Position numbers and translations under genes: made by a program. Below are positions 1 to 9,216 of a DNA stretch of 37,108 nt, in pieces. Positions within the stretch are counted from its first letter, which is position 1, and each line of letters begins with the position of its first letter. Under the pieces are notes generated by a model that searched no databases, was not told where the DNA came from, and saw only the letters and a program-made list of their open reading frames with translations. The DNA is from an uncultured Clostridia bacterium (GTDB taxonomy: Bacteria > Bacillota > Clostridia > TANB77 > CAG-508), in the NCBI GenBank assembly GCA_944388725.1, contig CALXJW010000003.1, positions 1 to 37,108 of the forward strand, in the 5' to 3' direction.

Positions 1-454
1 CTTCTGGTATATCATGAAAACATATAGCTATGGCTAAAGAATAACCTAATTTAATAGATGCATCAAATCCAGATCCTATTGCTAAACCTTCTGGAATATT
101 ATGTATTGCTAAACCTATACTAACTATAATTCCTGTTTTTAATAAACTAATTTCTTTTTCTTGTTTTTTTACTTTTTTACTAATTTTATTGTCTACAATA
201 AAATCACAAAATATCATTATTACTATACCTAACAATATTCCAATTATACTTTGTGATAATTTACTTATTTCTAAAGCTTCTGGTATTAAATCAAAACATA
301 TAACTGCCATCATTAACCCTGCTGCAAAAGATAGTATAAAGCTTAAAAACTTATTAGATTTACTTTTTATTGTACAGCCTATAATTCCACCAATAGTTGT
401 TCCTATTGTACCAAAAAACAATCCTAATGTTGTTGTACTTAATATTTCTTGCAT
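1..454 (-). CDS. zupT: ZIP-family (ZupT/GufA-like) divalent metal transporter, 3' end runs off the window
   Basis: Not in ORF track. Manual minus-strand translation from ATG at 454: MQEILSTTTLGLFFGTIGTTIGG...SFAAGLMMAVICFDLIPEA...LAIHNIPEGLAIG...AICFHDIPE. The HNIPEG/HDIPE metal-site motifs are typical of ZIP transporters. AAAGGAG RBS upstream. Confidence 0.88.
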   Translation of the reverse strand, partial: MQEILSTTTLGLFFGTIGTTIGGIIGCTIKSKSNKFLSFILSFAAGLMMAVICFDLIPEALEISKLSQSIIGILLGIVIMIFCDFIVDNKISKKVKKQEKEISLLKTGIIVSIGLAIHNIPEGLAIGSGFDASIKLGYSLAIAICFHDIPE

Positions 455-456
455 AT

Positions 457-509
457 AAAAAACTCCTTTAAAACATATTTTATATAATAATATTTTAAAA
501 GAGTTTTTT
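457..509 (-). terminator. Hairpin downstream of prfA whose 3' arm contains the zupT RBS
   Basis: Minus strand AAAAAACTCTTTTAAAA ... TTTTAAAGGAGTTTTTT; 17-bp stem with one G-U pair, ending in a U run. Confidence 0.6.
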
Positions 510-517
510 TATTACTT

Positions 518-1579
518 TTATTCTTCTTCTCCTTTTAATTTTTCAGCTCTATCTGCCGCTATTAAATTATCAATCATTTCATCTAAATCTCCATTCAAGA
601 AATTTTCCATTTGAAATATACTCATTCCAATTCTGTGATCTGTTATTCTACCTTGAGGATAATTATATGTACGTATCTTTTCACTTCTATCTCCACTACC
701 AACTTGTGTTTTTCTTGCATTTGCTATCTCTGAATCTTGTTTTTCTTTTTCTATATTATATAGTCTTGATCTTAACATTTTCATAGCATATTCTCTATTT
801 TGTAATTGTGAACGTTCTGTTTGGCATTCTACAACAATTCCTGTTGGTTCATGTATAAGTCTTACGGCTGATGAGGTTTTATTAATATGTTGACCACCAG
901 CCCCAGAAGCTCTAAATACTTCCATTTTTATATCAGCTGGATTTATTTCTATTTCTACATCTTCTACTACTGGAAGTACTGCAACCGTAGATGTTGAAGT
1001 ATGTATCCTACCACTACTTTCTGTATCAGGTACTCTTTGTACTCTATGTACTCCACTTTCAAATTTTAATCTACTATATGCACCTTTTCCTGTAACCATA
1101 AAAGATACTTCTTTATATCCACCAAGTTCTGTTTCATTTTCATTTAATATTTCTATTTTCCAATGTTTTCTTTCTGCATACATTGAATACATTCTAAATA
1201 ATGTTCCCGCAAATAATGCTGCTTCTTCTCCCCCAGCTCCTGCACGTATTTCACATATTATATTTTTATCATCATTAGGATCTTTAGGTATTAATAACAT
1301 TTTTAGTTCTTCTTCTATTTGTGGAAGTTTTTCTTTAGCCTCATAATAGTCTATTTCCGCAAGCTCTTTTAATTCTTTATCTTGCATCATTTCTTGGGCA
1401 TCTTCCATTCTTTGTTTTTCTTTTTTGTATTCTCTATATTTTTGTACAACTTCTTCTATTGAACTATGCTCTTTAATTAATTTTTGCCATTCAGCTTGAT
1501 TAGCAATTATTTCGGGATTGCTTATATCCTTTGTTAATTCTTCATATCTTTTTTCTACTGCTTCTAATTTGTCAAACAT
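518..1579 (-). CDS. prfA: Peptide chain release factor 1
   Basis: GAGGQHINK (GGQ motif), RF1-type PxT motif (RVPDTE), [13 protein letters not shown]. Start set at ATG 1579 after GAAAGG (track start 1588). Confidence 0.97.
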   Translation of the reverse strand: MFDKLEAVEKRYEELTKDISNPEIIANQAEWQKLIKEHSSIEEVVQKYREYKKEKQRMEDAQEMMQDKELKELAEIDYYEAKEKLPQIEEELKMLLIPKDPNDDKNIICEIRAGAGGEEAALFAGTLFRMYSMYAERKHWKIEILNENETELGGYKEVSFMVTGKGAYSRLKFESGVHRVQRVPDTESSGRIHTSTSTVAVLPVVEDVEIEINPADIKMEVFRASGAGGQHINKTSSAVRLIHEPTGIVVECQTERSQLQNREYAMKMLRSRLYNIEKEKQDSEIANARKTQVGSGDRSEKIRTYNYPQGRITDHRIGMSIFQMENFLNGDLDEMIDNLIAADRAEKLKGEEE

Positions 1580-1648
1580 AACTTTCATCCTTTCAATTTA
1601 AACTTTAAATATTATACTATATATTGGTATTTTTTTCAAGGGGAATTT

Positions 1649-1659
1649 GGGAACGGTTC
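1649..1659. repeat. REP-like motif GGGAACGGTTC just outside the left inverted repeat
   Basis: The AACGGTTC core recurs at 3852-3859 and as the reverse complement GAACCGTTC at 3881-3889. Confidence 0.5.
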
Positions 1660-1660
1660 A

Positions 1661-1824
1661 TGATAAAAACATGATTTTTTTAATATTAATCGAACAATAT
1701 ACTAATACTAAAGTAATTGCTGGATTATATCTTAAGAATTTTCCACTTTTTTAGCTAATATATTAAATATTATTTCTATTTCTTTTGGAGCATTTAATCC
1801 TATTTAAAATCTTATTTTTTCAAG
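1661..1824. repeat. Left copy of a ~165-bp inverted repeat
   Basis: Reverse complement of 3684-3846 aligns by eye with about 11 differences (roughly 93% identity). It includes a long identical core TTTCTATTTCTTTTGGAGCATTTAATCCTATTTAAAATCTTATTTT. Confidence 0.95.
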
Positions 1825-1959
1825 CTAGATTTATATTTTTCTTTTATTAGGTTAAGTGTATTTAGTGCAAATTTTTTGATAAATATTGACTTTTTTTTAT
1901 ATTTTTGATTAAATATTATTGTATGATAAAATATAAAATAATAAACAAGGAGAAAACAA

Positions 1960-3561
1960 ATGAAAAAGAAAATAATAGGCATTATAATCGTAATGCTAAT
2001 AATATTTATGTGCAATATGTCAAGTATTTATGCATATAATGAAAATTATAAAGTAAGTGATGATAAAAATCGATATGATGCTATTGCTTATACAAGTAAT
2101 GGTGGTTATGTAGTAGTAGGGAATGCAAGCGATAGAAAATCAGCATATATATCGGTGTATAATTCTGATGGAAAAAAGATAAAAGAAAAAGCATACGGTG
2201 GACAATTTGATTACTTTTATTCAGTTATACAAACAAATGATAATAATTACATTGCAGTAGGACAAAAAAGTTCACGTTATTCTGATGCACTAATTGTGAA
2301 GTTTGATTCGGATTTAAATGTTATTTGGGAAAATAAATATACTAGTTCTAAATATGCAATATTTAACTCAGTTATTGAAACATCGGACGGAAATCTTGTT
2401 GCAGTAGGAACAGCAGATCAAATTAATGGTAATATTGCACCTGCAAAAGGATTAATAGTAAAATATGATAAAAATGGAAATCAATTATGGGCAAATACAA
2501 TTGGTGGCACATCATATGATGTGTTTAGTTCTGTAGTTGAAACTTCAGATAATTGCTATGCCGTAGTAGGAACATTTAAATCGAAAGATTTAGAAAATCT
2601 TGAAATAAAAGATGAAGCAGATGCTGTTATTTTCAAATATAATAATGATGGTGAACTATTATGGAAAAAAACATATGGTGGTAATAGTTATGATGAATTT
2701 AATTCTATAATAAAAACTTCCGATGGTGGATATATTGCTGTTGGTAGTACTGCTTCAAATAATATTGAAGATATTACAGATAGTGCACAATGGAAATGTT
2801 TAATTGTTAAATATGATAAAAATTTTAATTTGTTATGGAATAGAGGGTACGGCTCTGGACATCAATCAGGATTTTTAGATGTTGTAGAATTACAAAATAA
2901 TGACATTATTGCAGTGGGTGAAACATATAGTATTGCTCCAATTCAACATGGAATCATAATACAATATGATTCTAATGGAAATACAATTTCTACTGAAAGT
3001 ACTTCACCAGAAGATAATGTGCAATATAGTTCTATTACTACAGGTGATAATAATTTTATAATTATAGAGACTAATCTTACGACTAACACGAGTAAAGTAA
3101 TAAAATACAGCTATGATATAGAAAATAACGAAGAAATCGCAATTGAAAATATAAGTTTAAATAAAACAGAATTAAATATAACAGAAGGAGATAGTTATAA
3201 TTTAATTGCTACAATTACACCTTCTGAAGCAACAAATAGAACTTTAACTTGGTCAAGCAATAATGAAAATGTCGCTAAAGTTGAAGATGGAAAAGTAACA
3301 GGACTTTCAGAAGGCACAGCAATTATTACTGTTACAACAAAAGATGGGAATTATTCCACAAGCTGTAGAGTAACTGTTTCAAAAAAATTAGATACATCAG
3401 ATGATGTGAAAGGAGATACAGATAAAAAAGACACAACAATATCAACTGAAAAATTGCCACAAACAGGTGTTAGTATAGCACTAAAAATTAGTATTTTTAG
3501 TGTGATAATAATAGCATTATTATGTTATAAAAAATATTATAATTATAGAGATATAAAATAG
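1960..3561 (+). CDS. Sortase-anchored surface protein: signal peptide, beta-propeller-like repeats, bacterial Ig-like group 2 domain, LPQTG anchor
   Basis: N-terminal KKK plus hydrophobic signal. About six ~50-aa repeats (F.SV..T.DG.Y.AVG...IVKYD..G..LW...YGG). Big_2-like segment (ISLNKTEL...LTWSSNNENVAKVEDGKVTG..EGTAIITVTT.DG). LPQTG followed by TM helix and basic tail. AAGGAG RBS. Confidence 0.85.
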   Translation: MKKKIIGIIIVMLIIFMCNMSSIYAYNENYKVSDDKNRYDAIAYTSNGGYVVVGNASDRKSAYISVYNSDGKKIKEKAYGGQFDYFYSVIQTNDNNYIAVGQKSSRYSDALIVKFDSDLNVIWENKYTSSKYAIFNSVIETSDGNLVAVGTADQINGNIAPAKGLIVKYDKNGNQLWANTIGGTSYDVFSSVVETSDNCYAVVGTFKSKDLENLEIKDEADAVIFKYNNDGELLWKKTYGGNSYDEFNSIIKTSDGGYIAVGSTASNNIEDITDSAQWKCLIVKYDKNFNLLWNRGYGSGHQSGFLDVVELQNNDIIAVGETYSIAPIQHGIIIQYDSNGNTISTESTSPEDNVQYSSITTGDNNFIIIETNLTTNTSKVIKYSYDIENNEEIAIENISLNKTELNITEGDSYNLIATITPSEATNRTLTWSSNNENVAKVEDGKVTGLSEGTAIITVTTKDGNYSTSCRVTVSKKLDTSDDVKGDTDKKDTTISTEKLPQTGVSIALKISIFSVIIIALLCYKKYYNYRDIK

Positions 3562-3590
3562 GAGAAGGACATGAAGTCTTTCTTCTATTT
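3556..3590 (+). terminator. Putative intrinsic terminator of the surface-protein gene
   Basis: AAATAGGAGAAGGAC-atgaa-GTCTTTCTTCTATTT stem with G-U pairs, overlapping the stop codon. Confidence 0.55.
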
Positions 3591-3683
3591 ATATGTTCGG
3601 TTCCTAATAAAATAATTTAAAAGGTGCATAATTAAAATTTATGATATAATGTTAGGCTAATCAAAATTTAATTATAGATGTAT

Positions 3684-3846
3684 CTTGAAGAAAATAAGAT
3701 TTTAAATAGGATTAAATGCTCCAAAAGAAATAGAAAGAATATTTAATATATTAGCTAAAAAAGACGAAAATTCTTAAGATATAATCCAACAATTACTTTA
3801 GTATTATATATTGGTTGATTAGTATTAAATAATCATGTTTTTATCA
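3684..3846. repeat. Right copy of the ~165-bp inverted repeat
   Basis: Reverse complement of 1661-1824; weaker similarity continues about 30 bp further inward. Confidence 0.95.
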
Positions 3847-3851
3847 CAAGT

Positions 3852-3888
3852 AACGGTTCCTCTTTTGTATATAAAAAAGAGAACCGTT
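3852..3888. repeat. REP-like hairpin, probably also the terminator of the yhaN-like gene
   Basis: AACGGTTC(C)TCTTTT-gtatataa-AAAAGAGAACCGTT, about 15 bp beyond the minus-strand stop at 3904. Confidence 0.6.
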
Positions 3889-3903
3889 CTCGAATTTAAC
3901 ATT

Positions 3904-5856
3904 TTATATTTTTATAAGATTAAATTTAATTTTTTCTTTATTTAGAATTTCTTCTTCCCTTTGGGTACAAGTTAATATGATTATTTGTCTATCATCATAT
4001 TCTGAACTTAGATATTTTAAAATATTTTCTAATCTATTAGTATCAAAATAAGCAAAAGCTTCGTCTAAAATTATAGGAACTTTTTCGTTCGATATTTCAT
4101 CTAACATTGCCAATCTTAAAGATAAATATAATTGATCTATTGTTCCTATACTTAATCTCTCTGCCGATACATAATTTCCATCATTTAATTCTACTGTTAA
4201 ACCTTTTTCATCGTTAAAAAATAAATTATTGTATTTTCCATTTGTAATCTTAGAGATATTTTGTGATAATTTTTTTGTAAAAATAGGACTAACATTATTT
4301 TTCATTTTTTCATAAGCTCTTTCTAATAATTTCTTTGTAAGTTCAATACTATTATTCATTTTTTGTAGATTTTCATATTGTTCTTTTAATGAAATTAATT
4401 CTTCTTCTATTTTAGCTAAATCTTCTAATTGAGGTTCAATATTTTCTTTTCTTAAATCTAATTTGTTTATTTCAATTTTATCATTATTTATTTTATTTTC
4501 TATAAAATAAATTTCATCTTCTATTTTATTCAAATTAAATGAATAATTTATTTCATTTTTTTCAATTTTATTTGAATATTTATTTATTAATTTTTCTCTT
4601 TCTAAATTATTTTCAAAATCATTTTTTATTTTTATTTTATTTATTTCATTTAAAATTTCCTGAGAATTTTTTTCTATTATTTTTTCTTCGTTTTCCAAAT
4701 TATTTTTTTCTAAATTTATCTTTTCTTTTTCAATATTATAATTTTTTTCAATGTTTTTTATTTTTTTATTTAATTTATTTTTCAAAAATATTGAACAAAT
4801 TAAAAACATTGGTACTGTAAGAAGAAAAATATATTTAATTAATTTACTTTCTGTTGTTTTTGGAATAAATATTAGCCACAAAATATTAAGTAATAAAATT
4901 ATTGTTCCTATTATTTTTATTTTTTTGTTTAATTTATTTTTTTCATTTTTATTATCAAATTTATTTTTAAAATTGTTTTTTTCATTAATTTTTTCTTCAA
5001 CTGTTTTAATTTTATTTTTTATTTCAGTTATTTTATTTTTATTTTCTTCAATTATTTTTTCTTTTATTTTTATTTTTTCGTTTTCCAAATTATTTTTTTC
5101 TTTTATTTTTTTTATTTCTTTTAATAATTCATTTTTTGTTTTATTTTTTTCCAAATTATTTTTTATTTCATTTTTATTGTTTTCAATTTCGTATTTTAAT
5201 TTATCATATTTTTTTAATTCGATAATTTTTTCTTCATTTTTTTCTATATTTTTTCTAATTATATTTATTGGTTTTTCCCTACTTCTTTCTGTTCCAATTT
5301 CATCCAATTGTTTTTTATTAAGTTTCTCCATTGCTTTTTTATACGAAATACTATCCTCGCCTGTCCCTAAGAGATTAGATATTTTTTGTATAAGGAGATT
5401 TTGCGTATCTCTTCCAATTTTTACCTCTTGTTGCATGGCAATTGATGTTGCTAAAAACATTTCTTCTGTTATCTGTGTTTGCTCATAAAAAAATTCACTT
5501 CCCTTATTTTTATCAATATTAAATTCTTTTGTTATTTCTTCCCCATTTTGATTAAATATTTTTGGATTTTTTTTATTAAATTGTCTAAATATTTCATATT
5601 TATTTTTATTATCTAATTCATATATTAATTTCCCTGAAAATTCTTCACTTTCCCATGGTTTATATTTTTCAAAATCAGATATATCTCTTCCTTTTTTATT
5701 TTTTGATGTTCCATATAATATATTTAATATGAATTTTAACAATGTCGATTTTCCACTTTCATTTTCTCCATAAATTATATTTATATTATTTGTTAAATTT
5801 ATTTCTTTATTTTTTAGCTTCCCATATGCATTTACTTTAATTGAGTTAATTTTCAA
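3904..5856 (-). CDS. YhaN/SbcC-like SMC-type ABC ATPase with coiled coils and an internal hydrophobic hairpin
   Basis: Walker A GENESGKST, signature LSIGT, Walker B ILDEAF, long K/E/N coiled coils and two internal TM-like segments. Likely TTG start at 5856 after AAGGAG (track GTG 5865). Confidence 0.85.
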   Translation of the reverse strand: MKINSIKVNAYGKLKNKEINLTNNINIIYGENESGKSTLLKFILNILYGTSKNKKGRDISDFEKYKPWESEEFSGKLIYELDNKNKYEIFRQFNKKNPKIFNQNGEEITKEFNIDKNKGSEFFYEQTQITEEMFLATSIAMQQEVKIGRDTQNLLIQKISNLLGTGEDSISYKKAMEKLNKKQLDEIGTERSREKPINIIRKNIEKNEEKIIELKKYDKLKYEIENNKNEIKNNLEKNKTKNELLKEIKKIKEKNNLENEKIKIKEKIIEENKNKITEIKNKIKTVEEKINEKNNFKNKFDNKNEKNKLNKKIKIIGTIILLLNILWLIFIPKTTESKLIKYIFLLTVPMFLICSIFLKNKLNKKIKNIEKNYNIEKEKINLEKNNLENEEKIIEKNSQEILNEINKIKIKNDFENNLEREKLINKYSNKIEKNEINYSFNLNKIEDEIYFIENKINNDKIEINKLDLRKENIEPQLEDLAKIEEELISLKEQYENLQKMNNSIELTKKLLERAYEKMKNNVSPIFTKKLSQNISKITNGKYNNLFFNDEKGLTVELNDGNYVSAERLSIGTIDQLYLSLRLAMLDEISNEKVPIILDEAFAYFDTNRLENILKYLSSEYDDRQIIILTCTQREEEILNKEKIKFNLIKI

Positions 5857-5861
5857 AAATA

Positions 5862-6938
5862 TCACTCCTTATCTAATATTTCCATGCCAATTTCTAATGC
5901 TTTTTCTATTGTTTGTTCATCATAATTTAGTTTTTTCATTTCTTCTATTACTTCTTTTACAAATAATCCTTTTAATGTATTTTCTTTTGAAATTTTTTCT
6001 ACATCATAATTTGGTTTTGTTTGGTCTTTTATTTTTATTATTTTTTGGTTTAGTTCATATTTATATAAATCATAAATATTTATTTCAAAATTTCTTTTTC
6101 CAGATAAAATTATTTTATATAATTTATTTTCTGCTAATTCTATTTCATTTATTTTTTCTATTAGTTGTTCCACAGAATTTATTTCTGTACATTTTAATTC
6201 TGCTTCTACAAATTTTGTTTCATCTAATTCAATAAATTCTAATTCATTTTTATCTTTTTTTATTTCTCCTGTTATCATTCCGTGTTTACCAAGTTCATCA
6301 AATCCTAAAGATATAGTAGAACCTGGATATATTATTTTTCCATTTGGTATAAAATTATTTTTATGTATATGCCCTAGTGCAACATAGTCAAACCCTATTT
6401 TTTGTAATTGAGCACTACTTATTGGATTATAATCTTTTAAATCTGTTAAACAAGCATCTAATGTACCATGTACTAGAAATATATTTATTTTTTCTTTATT
6501 TTCTATTTTTATTTCTTCGAGATTCATTTTTGAGCAATAAAAATCATCAAATCCAAATCCATATATATTTACTTCTTCCAACTCCACTTTATCTATTTTA
6601 GATTTAAATATATAAACATTTTTATTCCAATTATAATTACAGTAATATGAATTTTTTAAATATGGATCATGATTTCCTGGTGATATAAATATTTTTGTAT
6701 TCTCTATCTCTTTAAATAAATTATTTATATATTCTATTGTAGATTGTCTTATGTATTGTTGATCGTATAAATCTCCTGATATAAACAAAAATTCTATATC
6801 ATTTTCTTTTATATAATTAATTACTTTTTTAAATATTTTTCTTTGTTCTAATCTTCTTTTTTCTCCTAAATTTCCTTTATCTGATAGTGTAGTAAATGGT
6901 GTATCAAAATGTATATCTGCTATATGTACAAATTTCAT
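5862..6938 (-). CDS. YhaO/SbcD (Mre11-like) metallophosphoesterase nuclease
   Basis: Motifs ADIHFD, SGDLYD, PGNHD, VHG, ALGHIH and YPGS; abuts the ATPase gene. Confidence 0.9.
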   Translation of the reverse strand: MKFVHIADIHFDTPFTTLSDKGNLGEKRRLEQRKIFKKVINYIKENDIEFLFISGDLYDQQYIRQSTIEYINNLFKEIENTKIFISPGNHDPYLKNSYYCNYNWNKNVYIFKSKIDKVELEEVNIYGFGFDDFYCSKMNLEEIKIENKEKINIFLVHGTLDACLTDLKDYNPISSAQLQKIGFDYVALGHIHKNNFIPNGKIIYPGSTISLGFDELGKHGMITGEIKKDKNELEFIELDETKFVEAELKCTEINSVEQLIEKINEIELAENKLYKIILSGKRNFEINIYDLYKYELNQKIIKIKDQTKPNYDVEKISKENTLKGLFVKEVIEEMKKLNYDEQTIEKALEIGMEILDKE

Positions 6939-7098
6939 TTTTTTCTCCCTCTCTTATATATATTATAAATATTTATAATATTCTTTGTTTGTATATTCTA
7001 TAATATATTTATATTTTTTTCAAGTTTTTAGCGAATATTTTTTCGCTTTTAGAATTATTTAATTAATTATTAAATTTACAATAAAATATTTTTAAAAA

Positions 7099-7126
7099 AA
7101 GAAAACACTTAAATTAGTGTTTTCTT
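7099..7126 (-). terminator. Intrinsic terminator of the virD4-like operon
   Basis: AAGAAAACACT-taaatt-AGTGTTTTCTT perfect 11-bp stem; U run follows on the minus strand. Confidence 0.75.
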
Positions 7127-7156
7127 ACTTTGTTTTAACTTTTAAAGATATACTTT

Positions 7157-9196
7157 TTATTCATCATCTATAGGTCCAAACAATTCATCAAATTTTGCTT
7201 CCAATTCTTTTTGCAAATCATATGTATCTTCTTCTTCCTCAACTTGAGGAGTTACCTTTTTGCTTTCTTTTTCTACTGAAGTATTATCTTCAAATAAATC
7301 ATCTATAGATTGTATTTCTTCAGATTGTTTTGATTCTATATTCTGTTTTACTTCATTGTTTTCTTTTTTTTCTTCTTTTGATGGTGTATCATCTTCAAAT
7401 AAATCATCTAAGGATTCAACCTTTAAATTTTCTCTTTGTTTATCATTATTGTCTTCTGTCCATGGATTATATGGATTAAATTTTCTCCAATTTCCTCTTC
7501 GGATCTCTCCTATATCATTATGACTTATTTCTACTTTCGCTAAGTCATTAGACATCTTTTTATGTTTAAAATAATAAAATTTATTTGCTTTTACAGGTTT
7601 TATACCCTTTTCAAATATTATACATAAGTCATTATCCATTCTCCTAAGTTCATCAGGTGTCATTAATGCTCTTGCCATTACCTGGTCTGATGTACTTTGT
7701 CCTGTTTTAAAATATTTTCTATCCCTATTTATTGATATACTATCTCTTTCTATTGTTTTTTCACCTAATGCTTTTGAAAAATATTCTACTGTTTTATATG
7801 AGTTACTACCCAAAAATACATGTGTATCACAGTTACCTATGATTGTTTCATAAGATTTTTCATAAACAGCTTCTAATTGATCTAAGTTTTGTAATATTAC
7901 ACTAAATGATATCTTCCTACTTCTTGATGTTGATATTTTTTTATCAAAATCAGGGATTTTTCCTATATTAGCAAACTCATCTAATATAAAATATGTTGGT
8001 ACTTTTAATTTTCCACCATTTCGATCAGCAAAGTCATACAATTGTTGTATCATTTGTGAGAAAAATATTGTTAATAAAAAGTCATATGCTGTATGTGTGT
8101 CTGAAGATATAACATATACTGCTGTTTTTTTACTACCTATTTCTTCAAAATTTATTGTGTCTGTTGATGTTAGTTCTGCAATTTCTTTAGAGTCAAATTT
8201 TCCTAATTTTGATTGTAAAGTACTTAATATAGAACTATATGTTTTCTCTGGCGCTATTTCTATTGACTTATAATTCATTCTTGCTGGATGGTCATATGGT
8301 AATTTACTTATTAATTCTGTTAATAAATTGCTTCCTCCATTAGAATTTGCTGCTCTTACTAGTTCTGCACAACTTGCTAAGTTTTGTTCTTCTTCCGGTC
8401 TTGTTGCCATTAAATAATATATTAATGCTTTTAATAACATTTCTGCAGAGTCATCCCAAAATGGTTCCGCAGTAGATCCTTCTGTTTTTTGTCCTTTTAC
8501 TATGGTATTTGCAATAACATCTACATCTATCTCTGATGCAATATGCATTAATGGGTTATACCCATCACTATATTGTGGTCTAACTAAATTTAACACCTTA
8601 ATATCATATCCATTTGCTTTTAAATATCCAGCAGTTCTATCATATAGCTCTCCCTTTGGGTCTGTAAAAACATATGACCCTAATAATTGGTATGCATTTG
8701 GTATTGAGTATGATGCTGATTTACCAGAACCTGAACCTCCGACTACTAACACATTGACGTTTCCTCTTTTATCTACTGGTAAATAATTATCTTCCGCTAA
8801 TATTATTCCTTTTTTATTACTTAATATTTGATATTGCTCTCCATTTTTGCTCCAATCACTTGATCCATGTTCAAAATCTGTATATTCATTTTTAGGAGCA
8901 GACCTTGCAACTCCTACTATAAAAAATATTGCATAAATTATTGAAAATATTGCTAAATTTTTTATATATAATGACATATAACTTCTATTTACTAACTCTG
9001 CAAATCCTTTAGCAGGATTCGTTATAGTAGTTGTAAATATTTTTATGCCTTCTTCAAAGTTTTTCTGATCAGTTGCAACATTAAATCCTAAAGTTATAGG
9101 CACGATTAATACTATGGCTATAAATAACCATAGTATTCCAAATAATATAAAATATTTTTTATTTCTTCTTAAAGCTCCTTCTACTTTATAGTTCAT
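7157..9196 (-). CDS. virD4: VirD4/TraG-family type IV secretion coupling protein (ATPase)
   Basis: Two N-terminal TM helices, HGSSDW, Walker A VVGGSGSGKS, FTDPKGEL, YNPL, FWDDSA, Walker B ILDEFANIG, SRSRKI, LQNLDQL, LMTPDELRRM, acidic C-tail. Start ATG 9196 after GAAGGTG (track GTG 9205). Confidence 0.93.
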   Translation of the reverse strand: MNYKVEGALRRNKKYFILFGILWLFIAIVLIVPITLGFNVATDQKNFEEGIKIFTTTITNPAKGFAELVNRSYMSLYIKNLAIFSIIYAIFFIVGVARSAPKNEYTDFEHGSSDWSKNGEQYQILSNKKGIILAEDNYLPVDKRGNVNVLVVGGSGSGKSASYSIPNAYQLLGSYVFTDPKGELYDRTAGYLKANGYDIKVLNLVRPQYSDGYNPLMHIASEIDVDVIANTIVKGQKTEGSTAEPFWDDSAEMLLKALIYYLMATRPEEEQNLASCAELVRAANSNGGSNLLTELISKLPYDHPARMNYKSIEIAPEKTYSSILSTLQSKLGKFDSKEIAELTSTDTINFEEIGSKKTAVYVISSDTHTAYDFLLTIFFSQMIQQLYDFADRNGGKLKVPTYFILDEFANIGKIPDFDKKISTSRSRKISFSVILQNLDQLEAVYEKSYETIIGNCDTHVFLGSNSYKTVEYFSKALGEKTIERDSISINRDRKYFKTGQSTSDQVMARALMTPDELRRMDNDLCIIFEKGIKPVKANKFYYFKHKKMSNDLAKVEISHNDIGEIRRGNWRKFNPYNPWTEDNNDKQRENLKVESLDDLFEDDTPSKEEKKENNEVKQNIESKQSEEIQSIDDLFEDNTSVEKESKKVTPQVEEEEDTYDLQKELEAKFDELFGPIDDE

Positions 9197-9216
9197 ATGT
9201 ATCACCTTCTCTTTTG

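Noticed and set aside
189-458. 89-aa plus-strand ORF
   Set aside because: Antisense shadow of the ZIP transporter, which has clear motifs on the minus strand.
1812-2015. 67-aa minus-strand ORF touching the left repeat
   Set aside because: Antisense to the signal peptide and promoter of the surface protein; low complexity and no recombinase or transposase motif.
4539-5488. Phe-rich plus-strand ORFs (93 and 245 aa) that look like membrane proteins
   Set aside because: They mirror the AAA/GAA-rich coiled-coil codons of the minus-strand ATPase and have no RBS.
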